From Dehalococcoidia bacterium (GTDB lineage Bacteria; Chloroflexota; Dehalococcoidia; GIF9; AB-539-J10), in contig JAWOCP010000072.1 in the NCBI GenBank assembly GCA_046483735.1, forward strand, positions 1 to 42,299: DNA of 42,299 nt, in the 5' to 3' direction. The notes beneath the pieces were generated by a model that was not told the DNA's origin, did not search any database, and worked only from the letters and a program-made list of their open reading frames with translations. Shown piece by piece: positions 9,220 through 18,340 of this stretch (its first letter is position 1; each line of letters begins with the position of its first letter). A program made the position numbers and the translations under genes.

Positions 9220-10428
9220 TCATCGACTATGTCTGGCCAGGCTCTTGCTTTCTGCCGGGTGCCGTCGTGGCTGTCTCGAAAGGCCTGATTGTCTGTCCGG
9301 TGCCGGCCTGCTGTAATCAAAGCCCTGAAGGGTCAGACGCTCCAGCGGAGCGTCGAGAAGTTGTTCAAGGGCGCTTATCTTGTCTGCATCGGCGCTGGTG
9401 ACAAAGGTAATCGCATTTCCGTTTTTCTCAACCCTTCCGGTGCGGCCGATGCGGTGGATATAGGCATCCGTATTCTCTGGCATATCGTAGTTAATGACGT
9501 GTGAAATGCTCAATACATCGATACCGCGGGCGGCGATATCGGTTGCCACCAGAATCTTGATCGAGCCGTTACGGAAACCGTCCAGTGCGGCTTGACGTCG
9601 GTTCTGGGGAAGGTCGCCCTGCAGAGAAGTCACCCGATAGCCGTCTCTTGCCAGTTGCTGTGCCACACGTTCGGCTCTGTGTTTGGTACGGGTGAAGACC
9701 AGCACCGACTCCATCCTGGTTCTCTTTAGAATTTCCTTCAGCAAATTCGTCTTCAGGTGCTGTTGCACCGGGTACAGAGCATGTGACACTGTTTTTGCCG
9801 GTAGCTGGGGGTCGACTTGCACTGTGACCGGGTCATGCAGGATTTCGCGCGCCAGTCGCCGGATATCGGCAGGCATGGTAGCCGAGAAAAGCAATGTCTG
9901 GTGTTTGTGGAGGATGCACCTCAGAATACTGCGTACATCGGGCAGAAAGCCCATATCGAACATACGGTCAGCCTCGTCAATGACGAGGATTTCCAGCTCT
10001 GATAGGCTGATAGTCCCTTTCCAGAGATGGTCGAGCAAACGGCCGGGGCAGGCCGTGACAATCTGAGCGCCGTTGCGCAGTCCACGGCTCTGCTGTTCCA
10101 TGCTCACCCCGCCGTAGACAGCAATGCCCTGCAACCCGGTTCTGCTCCCCAGGTTGCTGATAACCTCGCAGGTCTGCTCCGCCAGCTCGCGTGTCGGTGA
10201 AATTATCAGGGCCCGGACGCATCCTTGAGGACCCGACCGCAGACGTTCCAGGATCGGCAGTACGAAAGCGGCTGTCTTGCCTGTGCCGGTCTGCGCCAGT
10301 CCGATGACATCACGCCCCTGCATTATCAATGGGATGGCCTGTGCTTGAACTGGTGTGGGTACGGAATAACCGAGCGCACGTACACCGGCCATGATGCTCG
10401 GATGCAAATCAAATGTTTCGAAATTCAT
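9220..10428 (-). CDS. rhlE: DEAD-box RNA helicase, RhlE-like
   Basis: Q motif PTPVQ, AQTGTGKT, PTRELA, DEAD, SAT, ARGID, HRIGRTGR. AAGGAG RBS before ATG 10428 (MNFETF). Confidence 0.93.
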   Translation of the reverse strand: MNFETFDLHPSIMAGVRALGYSVPTPVQAQAIPLIMQGRDVIGLAQTGTGKTAAFVLPILERLRSGPQGCVRALIISPTRELAEQTCEVISNLGSRTGLQGIAVYGGVSMEQQSRGLRNGAQIVTACPGRLLDHLWKGTISLSELEILVIDEADRMFDMGFLPDVRSILRCILHKHQTLLFSATMPADIRRLAREILHDPVTVQVDPQLPAKTVSHALYPVQQHLKTNLLKEILKRTRMESVLVFTRTKHRAERVAQQLARDGYRVTSLQGDLPQNRRQAALDGFRNGSIKILVATDIAARGIDVLSISHVINYDMPENTDAYIHRIGRTGRVEKNGNAITFVTSADADKISALEQLLDAPLERLTLQGFDYSRPAPDRQSGLSRQPRRHPAESKSLARHSR

Positions 10429-10471
10429 TAAACTCCTTGGTGAAGGCGGCTCTTGTGGGTGGCCAGGTCGC

Positions 10472-10858
10472 CTAGTATCTTCGTTGCCTGCCACCACCCG
10501 AGCGGCCCTTACCCCTGCCCCTGCCGCCACCATAGCCACCACCATAACCACCACCATAACCGCCGCCATAACCGCTACCGCTCCTGTTGCCATAGGAACC
10601 GCCACCCCTGTTGTCCACACGAGGGCGGGACTCATTAACAACAAGCGTTCTGTCCATAAGCGTCTGGCCGTTCAGCCCCGCAATGGCAGCCGCGGCCTCA
10701 GACTGTGATGGCATATCAATGAAGGCGAAGCCCCTCGGTCGTCCGCTCAGCCTGTCGGCAGGAATAGCCACGGATTCCACCTTACCATAGACACCGAATT
10801 CTGCTGCCAGGTTATCCTCGGTAACCTCAAAGGCTAGATTGCCCACATAGATCTTCAT
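10472..10858 (-). CDS. RRM RNA-binding protein with glycine-rich tail
   Basis: KIYVGNL (RNP2), RGFAFIDM (RNP1), GGGY-repeat C-terminus. Confidence 0.95.
   Translation of the reverse strand: MKIYVGNLAFEVTEDNLAAEFGVYGKVESVAIPADRLSGRPRGFAFIDMPSQSEAAAAIAGLNGQTLMDRTLVVNESRPRVDNRGGGSYGNRSGSGYGGGYGGGYGGGYGGGRGRGKGRSGGGRQRRY
10524..10573. repeat. 12-bp coding tandem repeat (about 4x GGGY) in the RRM tail
   Basis: Imperfect (ccaccaccataa)n seen directly in the sequence. Confidence 0.8.
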
Positions 10859-11003
10859 GATTATTGCTCCTTTATCATTTATTTTGTTCGCTGTTTCGCT
10901 TGATAGCCCTGCCGTCGTTTCTCCTCAAAGCACGGCAGCAGGCATTACTGTGAAGTGCATTCACACATTGGTACTGCTAAGGGCAAAGCTGAGATTTGAC
11001 CGG

Positions 11004-11039
11004 GCCACATCCAGGCCGGTCGCCCGACCCGGATGTGAC
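11004..11039 (-). other. 16-bp RNA hairpin with GCGA (GNRA) tetraloop between the zinc-ribbon and RRM genes
   Basis: Minus strand gucacauccgggucgg-GCGA-ccggccuggauguggc pairs fully when G-U pairs are allowed; no U tract follows. Confidence 0.7.
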
Positions 11040-11056
11040 TCATGACCTGACCTCAC

Positions 11057-11356
11057 CTATCTGGCGGGTCGGACTTTGCGGTAGCAATCGCTACAATAAA
11101 CGGGCTTATCACCGCGGGGTTGAAACGGGACTTCGGTGCTTTTGCCGCATTCGGCGCAGGTCGCAGGGAACATCTCGCGCGGAGCTCCGTAGCTGTTATT
11201 GCCAAAGCGTTCCGCTTTCCTTGTCCTTCGGCATTCCGGGCAACGTTTGGGCTCGTTAGTGTAGCCCTTGGACTGGAAAAATTCCTGGTCCTCGGCGCTA
11301 AAGGTAAACGTGACGCCGCAATCCGCGCATTCGAGAGACTTGTCTTGAAAGCTCAT
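11057..11356 (-). CDS. Zinc-ribbon / CxxC-x17-CxxC domain protein
   Basis: DKSLECADCG..FTFS.EDQEFF..KG..NEPKRCPECR and CAECGK..VPFQPRGDKPVYCSDC. GGAGG RBS. Confidence 0.92.
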   Translation of the reverse strand: MSFQDKSLECADCGVTFTFSAEDQEFFQSKGYTNEPKRCPECRRTRKAERFGNNSYGAPREMFPATCAECGKSTEVPFQPRGDKPVYCSDCYRKVRPAR

Positions 11357-11471
11357 TGGATACCCTCCTCTCTTTACAATTAGTTAGCGTTCGGGTCATC
11401 CAATACTTCAGAAGACTCTGTGTAAATACCTTCCGACAAAATTGCTATAACCTAAACTGAAACTTATGTTC

Positions 11472-11500
11472 AATATACCATAAGAAATGCCACAATGCAA
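11472..11500 (-). promoter_or_regulatory. sigma70-type promoter for the zinc ribbon-RRM-helicase unit
   Basis: TTGCAT-17 nt-TATATT with an extended -10 TG. Confidence 0.55.
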
Positions 11501-11535
11501 CAAATACTGCAACAGTGTAACAAAATGGTGAACGG

Positions 11536-13698
11536 TCAAGATAGCAGAATTCGGGCGTCGACCACGACATACCCTTTCCCCTGCTCTTGAGCTTTCACCG
11601 GATTGAGGTCCATCTCGGCTATCTGGGGCAAGTCTTCCACCATAGCAGACACTCTCAGCAGGAGGTCTTCAAGCGCCTCGACGTCGGTCGGCTTGGAGCC
11701 TCGCCAGCCGGCAAAGAGCTGATGGGCCTTTACCGAGCGCACCATGTCCTGGACATCAATGTCGGTCAACGGGTGAATACGGAATGTAATGTCCTTGAAG
11801 AACTCGGCATAAATGCCGCCCATACCGAACAGGATGAGAGAACCGAAGGAAGGGTCCTGGGTCAGGCCGACGATTACCTCGATCCCCTCGGGTATCATCT
11901 GTTGAATGGTGACGCCCTGCATCTCATCTGCTTTGCCCAGACCCTCGAGGCGTTCTCTGATCTGGTTGAAGGCCTGTTTCACCTCGCCCGGTGAGCGCAC
12001 TGATAGTATCACTCCTCCGACATCTGTCTTGTGGACTATCTTGTCTGAGACAAGCTTAACTGCAACTGGGAAGCCGATTTCTTCAGCGGCCCTGGCTGCG
12101 TCCTCAGATGTCTGTGCCGACTTCGACACTGCGACCCTGATTCCATAAGAGTTGAGCAGGTCGGAGATGGAGGAAGCTTCCAGCCAGAGGGGTCGGGCGG
12201 AGCTTCGCTCTAAGGCTGATGCCACTATCTCACGGGCCTTTTCTCTGTTGATCCGTGTCAATTTGGGAACCACCCCTCTTGGTCTTTGTAGCCACCGACT
12301 GTACTCATACGCTCCGGCGAGAGCAACCGCTGTATGCTCAGGGAAAGTGAAATTGGGTATGCATCCCCCGTCCTTGGGCTCGCACTCGATGACGGCACCA
12401 TGCGAACCCATGAACGAAGCCACCAGTGTCTTGCCGCACCTGCGAAACTCAGGTGCCAGCTCCTTTATGGCATTGGCTACCGGTTCAGCCTGGATGAGTA
12501 TGGGCGGGATGAAGATGACTATCACCATATCTATGCCGTCGTCACGCGCCAGAATTTTCAGCGCCCGGCTGTAATCTTCGGGGGAAGCCTCAGCCGTCAT
12601 ATCGACGGGATTGGTAACGCTGGCTCGAGATGGGAGAAAGCTCTTCAGCTCGGAGACGCTGTCATCTGAAAGAGCGGGCAATTCCAGTCCTCTGTCGGCA
12701 CAGGCATCGGCGGTCATTATGCCCGGCCCTCCTCCATTGGTGAGAATAGCCACTCTTCCTCCCCTGGGGACGGGTTGGTTACATAGCAGGTTGGCCACAT
12801 CGAAAAGCTCTTCCAGTGTATCCACCCGGACCACGCCGGTCTGGGTAAACAGCGCTTCGGACGCCACCTCGGTAGTAGCCAGCGCCCCGGTATGTGAGGC
12901 GGCAGCCCGTGAGCCTGCCGGGGTGCGCCCGCTTTTCACCGCTACTACCGGTTTGGTCAGTGTAATGTTGCGGGCTATGCGGCCAAAGTTCTTGGGATTA
13001 CCGAAAGATTCGAGGTAAAGGAGTATGACCCTGGTGGACGGGTCATTTCCCCAGTACTGGAGCAGGTCGTTGCTGGAGACATCGGCCCTGTTTCCGATGC
13101 TGACGAAACTGGATAGCCCGACATTCAGGTTCCTGGCATACTCCAGGATGGTCTGTCCCAGCGCACCGCTCTGGGTACCCATGGCGATACCGCCGGTGGG
13201 AGGGAACACGGGGGAGAAAGTGGCGTTCATATTGACTTCCGGGTCGGTGTTGACGATGCCCATGCAGTTCGGTCCCACTATGCGCATCCCGTAGCGCCGG
13301 GCAATTTCAACTATCTCATCCTGCTTCGCCTTTCCCTCAGGGCCGCTCTCTGCAAAACCCGCTGAGATTACAACCACGCCGCGCACCCCTTTTTGCCCGC
13401 ACTCTTCCATCAGTCGGGGGGTACTATCCGCCGGGGTGATGATGATGGCGAGGTCCACGTCCCCCGGTATATCCAGGACAGATGGGTATGCCTGCACCGC
13501 GGCCACCACTTTGGCGTTGGGGTTCACCGGGTAGACGACCCCAGTGAACTCATGCTGCAACAAATTACGGAACAACCTGTTGCCGATAGTGAGATTTCTG
13601 CGTGAGGCTCCGATAACAGCTATGGAGCGAGGCTTTAACATAGCCTCGAGCGAGGCAATGTCAGAAGATTTCTCTTGTTCCGAGGGCATCCGGTCCAT
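11536..13698 (-). CDS. ADP-forming acetate/acyl-CoA ligase (fused alpha-beta)
   Basis: SIAVIGAS, GPNCMG, QSGALG, SHTGALA (phospho-His), TNGGGPG, NPVDM, HKTDVGGV, EMDLNP. Confidence 0.92.
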   Translation of the reverse strand: MDRMPSEQEKSSDIASLEAMLKPRSIAVIGASRRNLTIGNRLFRNLLQHEFTGVVYPVNPNAKVVAAVQAYPSVLDIPGDVDLAIIITPADSTPRLMEECGQKGVRGVVVISAGFAESGPEGKAKQDEIVEIARRYGMRIVGPNCMGIVNTDPEVNMNATFSPVFPPTGGIAMGTQSGALGQTILEYARNLNVGLSSFVSIGNRADVSSNDLLQYWGNDPSTRVILLYLESFGNPKNFGRIARNITLTKPVVAVKSGRTPAGSRAAASHTGALATTEVASEALFTQTGVVRVDTLEELFDVANLLCNQPVPRGGRVAILTNGGGPGIMTADACADRGLELPALSDDSVSELKSFLPSRASVTNPVDMTAEASPEDYSRALKILARDDGIDMVIVIFIPPILIQAEPVANAIKELAPEFRRCGKTLVASFMGSHGAVIECEPKDGGCIPNFTFPEHTAVALAGAYEYSRWLQRPRGVVPKLTRINREKAREIVASALERSSARPLWLEASSISDLLNSYGIRVAVSKSAQTSEDAARAAEEIGFPVAVKLVSDKIVHKTDVGGVILSVRSPGEVKQAFNQIRERLEGLGKADEMQGVTIQQMIPEGIEVIVGLTQDPSFGSLILFGMGGIYAEFFKDITFRIHPLTDIDVQDMVRSVKAHQLFAGWRGSKPTDVEALEDLLLRVSAMVEDLPQIAEMDLNPVKAQEQGKGYVVVDARILLS

Positions 13699-13823
13699 AT
13701 CACGTCCACCGTTGGTGATGGTATGAATGATTATATGTCAAAGCCGTGGTTCATGTCTAATTCAGGGACTTGACCGGAGTTGCACCGTCCGTTGCCGCCG
13801 GGTTCATCTGGCTTTTTCTGCTG

Positions 13824-13990
13824 GGGCGGTCCCCGCCTTTGCCTTCAAGAATTCTGACCACATTACCAAAGTCATCGCCACATCGAGGACCCTGGAAATT
13901 CACACGTCCCACCTGGTCGACGGCGTAGTCTACCCCAAATTCGCGAGGGATGAGTTGATTAAACTCCGTCGAGCGAATGGTTATCTGCCA
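13824..13990 (+). pseudogene. Internally deleted fragment of the phosphodiesterase-like gene at 15716..16486
   Basis: 13824..13947 aligns to 15894..16017 and 13948..13990 aligns to 16318..16360, so 300 bp are missing. The N-terminal HxHxDH motif is absent. Confidence 0.85.
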
Positions 13991-14131
13991 GTTGAAAGCA
14001 GGCCAGTGGTAGTATAATATTCGTAGAGAAATGCTTGTACGGGTATTCATCAGCTGGATTAAGACATTGCTGGATAAGAGATGGGACCACTTAGAAAGGC
14101 ACGAATAGAACTTCATAGCTGAGAGGAGCTT

Positions 14132-15574
14132 ATGGCCACGCATAAATATGACCTGGTCGTTCTCGGTTCTGGCCCGGCAGGTGAGAAAGGCGCTGCGCAG
14201 GCTGCCTATTTCGGCAAGAGAGTGGCCATGGTAGAGCGGGACTACTATCTAGGCGGCGCCGCAGCCAGTACCACAGTCCCGAGCAAAACTCTGCGCGAAA
14301 CAGCGTTGACGCTCTCCGGGTTACGTGCACGCCGCCTCCATGGTGTGAATCTTTCGCTCAAACATCGGCCCACGGTCCAAGATTTCCTCCAGCACGAGCG
14401 TGTCGTAAAGGACGCTGAGTGCAGTCGCGCGATGAATAACATGCGTCTCCATGGCGTGGATATCTTCAGAGGCATGGGTTCATTCATAGATGAGCGGACA
14501 ATCAAGGTGGAGGTCCGCGGCAAGACACCCGAGTTCCTCCAGGGCGACGTTATACTGATCGCAACGGGGTCGTCTCCACGCTATCCCGAGAACTTCCCCA
14601 GAGACCGCTGCATCTACGACTCAGACTCTATACTAGGCATCAAGAGCATGCCCAGGAATATGGTGGTGGTGGGTGGTGGCGTGATTGGATGTGAATACGC
14701 CTGCATCTTCGCTGAGTTAGGGGTAGACGTGTCCCTGATCCATAACAAGGATATCCTGCTGCCATTCATGGATCACGACATCTCCCTTGCACTCGAGAAC
14801 AGCATGCTGAAGTTGGGCATAAACCTATTGATGCCCGATAGCGTAGACTCTTGCACGAGAGAGACCGACGGGTTAGTGATTAGACTGGGTTCAGGGAATT
14901 GCATCACGACTGAAGCCGTGATGCTCGCAACCGGCCGGTTCAGTAACACCGGCGAGCTGAATCTCGAGGCTGCCGGGGTCAAGCCCGGCAAGTATGGGCT
15001 GCTGGTGGTAGACGAAACATACCAGGTCGTGCACCCGGAAACCCGAAAACCCGTGCCCGGCATCTATGCCGCCGGGGATGTCATAGGCGCGCCAGCCCTA
15101 GCCTCGACTTCCATGGAACAGGCTCGTTTCGCCATGATAAAGGCCTTCAATCTAGAGCCCTACAAGGAACAAGTGGCGCCGATCCTGCCGTTTGGCATTT
15201 ATACCATTCCTGAGTGCTCCGGGGCAGGCAAGACCGAGGAAGAGTGCCAGCGGGAAAAGATCGATTATGTGGTGGGCAAGGCTGCCTATAATCAAAACGT
15301 CCGGGGCATGATAATCGGCGATAACGACGGCTTTTTGAAATTGATTTTCGAGTTCAACGATGACATCAGGCGCCCTATGAAACTGCTGGGTGTACACGTT
15401 ATTGGCGAGATTGCCTCTGAGTTAGTCCACATCGGCCTCAGTGCTTTGCTGGTGGGTGGAGCCAGCGATATGTTCATTAACACCTGCTTTAACTATCCGA
15501 CACTTGCTGAACTTTACAAATATGCTACGTACGACGCTATGGGCAACCGGGCAAAACGCCTCAAACCGAAATAG
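14132..15574 (+). CDS. sthA: Soluble pyridine nucleotide transhydrogenase
   Basis: GSGPAGEKGAAQAAYFGKRV, PSKTLRE, YDSDSIL, GGGVIGCEYA, GDVIG.PALASTSMEQAR, GIYTIPE, FNYPTLAE. GAGGAG RBS. Confidence 0.9.
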   Translation: MATHKYDLVVLGSGPAGEKGAAQAAYFGKRVAMVERDYYLGGAAASTTVPSKTLRETALTLSGLRARRLHGVNLSLKHRPTVQDFLQHERVVKDAECSRAMNNMRLHGVDIFRGMGSFIDERTIKVEVRGKTPEFLQGDVILIATGSSPRYPENFPRDRCIYDSDSILGIKSMPRNMVVVGGGVIGCEYACIFAELGVDVSLIHNKDILLPFMDHDISLALENSMLKLGINLLMPDSVDSCTRETDGLVIRLGSGNCITTEAVMLATGRFSNTGELNLEAAGVKPGKYGLLVVDETYQVVHPETRKPVPGIYAAGDVIGAPALASTSMEQARFAMIKAFNLEPYKEQVAPILPFGIYTIPECSGAGKTEEECQREKIDYVVGKAAYNQNVRGMIIGDNDGFLKLIFEFNDDIRRPMKLLGVHVIGEIASELVHIGLSALLVGGASDMFINTCFNYPTLAELYKYATYDAMGNRAKRLKPK

Positions 15575-15715
15575 CCCGTAAGTTGCCGGCGAAGAGGCTG
15601 TTGCTATGATGACCAGAATTGATTGGCATACAACAACTGCCGTTATCCGAAGGAAGGCGCAAATTGGCCAAATTTCTGGAAGACCAAAGTATGAGATGGC
15701 CCTGAAATAACTTCA

Positions 15716-16486
15716 ATGATAATCAGATTTCTGGGTACGCACAATGCGGAGTCCGAGAACACGAGGCTCGTGTCCTTGCTCATCGATGATATCCTCGCTG
15801 TAGATGCCGGGAGCCTGACTTCCGAACTGACATTCGCCGAGCAGAGGAAGATAAGGGCTATATTGCTTTCTCACGGGCATTACGACCATATCAGGGCTGT
15901 CCCTGCCTTTGCCTTCAACAATAGTGACCACATTACCAAAGTCATCGCCACATCGAGGACCCTGGAAATTCTCACGTCCCACCTGATCGATGGCGTGGTC
16001 TACCCCAAATTCGCGAGCGAGGTTTCATTTCGACGAAAGGCGACACTTCAATTGGTCCCGGTGGAACCTTTCGATCGGCACAACATAGAAGGATACGAGG
16101 TCATGGCAGTGCCTGTGCGGCATCCTCTTGACGGCGTGGGCTTTGAAATAAGTTCCGGAGATGAAAAGACTGTTTTCTGTACCGGTGATACCGGTCCCGG
16201 GCTTTCTTCTGTGTGGGCCAACGTCTCTCCGCAATTGATAATAGCTGATGTGACCTGGCCTAATAGCCTCGCCAGTGCAGCCAAGGATGCAGGGCATCTC
16301 TGTCCGGAGATGCTCAAGGATGAGTTGACTGAGTTCCGTCGAGCAAAGGGTTATCTGCCAAAGGTGGCTGTGATTCACCTCAGCCCACAGCATGAGCCCG
16401 AGATAGAGAGAGAAATCGGGGGAGTAGCCACATTGCTGGGAACCCCGATTGATATTGCCCGCGAGGGCGAGGAGCTTATCCTATAG
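15716..16486 (+). CDS. MBL-fold hydrolase, probable class II 3',5'-cyclic nucleotide phosphodiesterase
   Basis: FLGTH, AVDAGSL, LLSHGHYDHI, TGDTGP, GHLCP, IHLSP; near an adenylate cyclase gene. Confidence 0.72.
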   Translation: MIIRFLGTHNAESENTRLVSLLIDDILAVDAGSLTSELTFAEQRKIRAILLSHGHYDHIRAVPAFAFNNSDHITKVIATSRTLEILTSHLIDGVVYPKFASEVSFRRKATLQLVPVEPFDRHNIEGYEVMAVPVRHPLDGVGFEISSGDEKTVFCTGDTGPGLSSVWANVSPQLIIADVTWPNSLASAAKDAGHLCPEMLKDELTEFRRAKGYLPKVAVIHLSPQHEPEIEREIGGVATLLGTPIDIAREGEELIL

Positions 16487-16602
16487 CGGACACATGCTGT
16501 TATCTATAGGCTGTTTGAGAATAAGAAGGCAATCTTAAGGAGCGGCTGTTTCTCCTGGTCCTGGGCCTTTGTCCAGCTTCTCCCTCCCAACATGGAATCC
16601 TA

Positions 16603-16631
16603 TTGACAAGGCAATTATAGCAGAGTATTAT
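16603..16631 (+). promoter_or_regulatory. sigma70-type promoter upstream of the FecR-RCC1 gene
   Basis: TTGACA-17 nt-TATTAT. Confidence 0.65.
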
Positions 16632-16853
16632 GAAGCTTTGTATAGCGCGTAAGCATCTTGGCTACTAATGAGCCATCCAGTCGCTACCCCATGTGAGTAG
16701 AATTATCGCGCCAGTAGCCAAGGCAGTCAGAATTAGCGGGGAGAAATCATACGTTGGGTATAAGAACAAGTGAAGCATTACGAATAAGCGGTAGATATCG
16801 TGAAGAGCCCGTGCTGCTCGCAAAGCACGCTCGCCTGTTACAGGAGGACTAGC

Positions 16854-18245
16854 ATGTGTAAGAAACTGCTGTCGATGTTTGCCCTGGCTATTCTGGTAGC
16901 CTCGGCTTCAGTGGGCTGCGGCGGGTCGCCGTGTCCTGATACGCTTACGATACTTTCAATAACGGAGGGGGATGTGTTTGTGATGAAGGCAGGTACGGAC
17001 ACCTGGGTAGAAGCACAGGTTGAAATGTCTCTGGAAGTCGGCGACACCATAAAGACCGGCGAAAACTCCGGCGCTGAAATTACTTTCTTCGATGGTAGCA
17101 CCATAGAATTGGAGGCTGGCACCCAGATCGAAATTCTCTCGCTCGATGTTGCCTGCGACACCGGCGTCACAACTATCACTCTTTTGCAGACAATAGGGAC
17201 CACCATAAGCCGCATCACGAATATTCTCGACCCGGCATCTAGCTACGAAATCGAGACACCAACGGGTGTAGCAGGGGTGAGGGGCAGTGTCATGGTAGTT
17301 ACCGTTGGTGAAGACGGCACAACCTGGATAACCAATCTGGAAGGGGATATATATGCCATTGCACAGGGTGTGGAATTGCAGGTCCCTAAGGGGCAGCAAT
17401 GCATTATCAGGCCCGGTCAGCCCCCTGAACTCATAATGGTCGCCGCAGGCAGCCATCATACGGTGGGGCTTCAGGCTGATGGCACCGTGGTCGCCGTGGG
17501 ATTGAACGACGACGGGCAGTGTGATGTCGGTGACTGGACTGACATCACCCAGGTCACCGCAGGCAGCGAGCACACGGTGGGACTCAAGGCCAACGGCACC
17601 GTCGTCGCCGAGGGATGGAGCGGCGACGGACAGTGCGATGTCGGCGGCTGGACGGGCATCATCCAGGTTGACGCAGGTGACCTTCACACGGTGGGCCTCA
17701 GTTCCAATGGTTCTGTGGTCGCCGTGGGATACAACGCCTTTGGGCAGTGCGATGTCGACGATTGGACGGACATCATCCAGGTCGCCGCAGGTCCGCTTCA
17801 CACGGTGGGCCTTAAGTCGGACGGCACTGTGGTGGCTGTGGGACCATCGGGGGGCGAGCCCAATTTCGGGCAGTGCGATGTTGGCAACTGGACGGACATC
17901 ATCCAGGTCGCCGCAGGTCGCTATCACACGGTGGGGCTCAGGTTCGACGGCACTGTCGTCGCCGTGGGACGGGACTCTGACGGGCAGTGCGATGTCGACG
18001 ACTGGACCAACATCACCCAGGTGGCCGCAGGCAGCCATCACACGGTGGGGCTTAAGTCCGACGGCACCGTGGTCGCCGTGGGATTGGACAGCAGCGGGCA
18101 GTGCAATGTCGGTGGGTGGATGAACATCATCCAGGTAGCCACAGGAGCGGCGCACACGGTGGGGCTGAACACCGACGGCACCGTGGTCGCCGTGGGAGAT
18201 GATGCTTACGATCAGTGCGCTGTCGGCAGCTGGGACCTGAAATGA
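16854..18245 (+). CDS. Lipoprotein with a FecR domain and a C-terminal seven-repeat RCC1/BLIP-II-like beta-propeller
   Basis: AGGAGG RBS before ATG 16854. Signal peptide MCKKLL...SVG-C. FecR motifs GDTIKTG, ITFFDGS, YEIETPTGVAGVRGS. Seven repeats of VAAGxxHTVGLxxDGTVVAVG..GQCDV..W. Confidence 0.85.
   Translation: MCKKLLSMFALAILVASASVGCGGSPCPDTLTILSITEGDVFVMKAGTDTWVEAQVEMSLEVGDTIKTGENSGAEITFFDGSTIELEAGTQIEILSLDVACDTGVTTITLLQTIGTTISRITNILDPASSYEIETPTGVAGVRGSVMVVTVGEDGTTWITNLEGDIYAIAQGVELQVPKGQQCIIRPGQPPELIMVAAGSHHTVGLQADGTVVAVGLNDDGQCDVGDWTDITQVTAGSEHTVGLKANGTVVAEGWSGDGQCDVGGWTGIIQVDAGDLHTVGLSSNGSVVAVGYNAFGQCDVDDWTDIIQVAAGPLHTVGLKSDGTVVAVGPSGGEPNFGQCDVGNWTDIIQVAAGRYHTVGLRFDGTVVAVGRDSDGQCDVDDWTNITQVAAGSHHTVGLKSDGTVVAVGLDSSGQCNVGGWMNIIQVATGAAHTVGLNTDGTVVAVGDDAYDQCAVGSWDLK
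17436..18240 (+). repeat. Seven tandem coding repeats of about 114 bp (38 aa; one unit of 42 aa), RCC1-like
   Basis: Recurring cacacggtggg / ggcaccgtggtcgccgtggga / gggcagtgcgatgtcg. Confidence 0.92.
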
Positions 18246-18340
18246 AACGTTTGCGCAGCATGTTGATGATGACGATGTCGTCTCAGGGGTGCCGCCAGGA
18301 AACGGATACCTAGAGGCGAATCAAGATTACAGCTAATCCG

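Noticed and set aside
10429-10644. Hydrophobic N-terminal extension on the DEAD-box helicase
   Set aside because: It is an off-frame reading of the RRM gene's Gly repeat; the true start has its own RBS at 10428.
10930-10970. TGTGAA-N5-TTCACA as a CRP or Rex site
   Set aside because: The spacing is one base too long for either consensus (CRP TGTGA-N6-TCACA; Rex TGTGAA-N4-TTCACA); it is more likely an RNA hairpin.
13824-13990. DGR template/variable repeat pair with 15894..16360
   Set aside because: Mismatches are not adenine-specific, many are synonymous, and there is no reverse transcriptase in the window.
17436-18240. CRISPR array
   Set aside because: The periodicity is an in-frame 114-bp protein repeat without unique spacers, and no cas genes are present.
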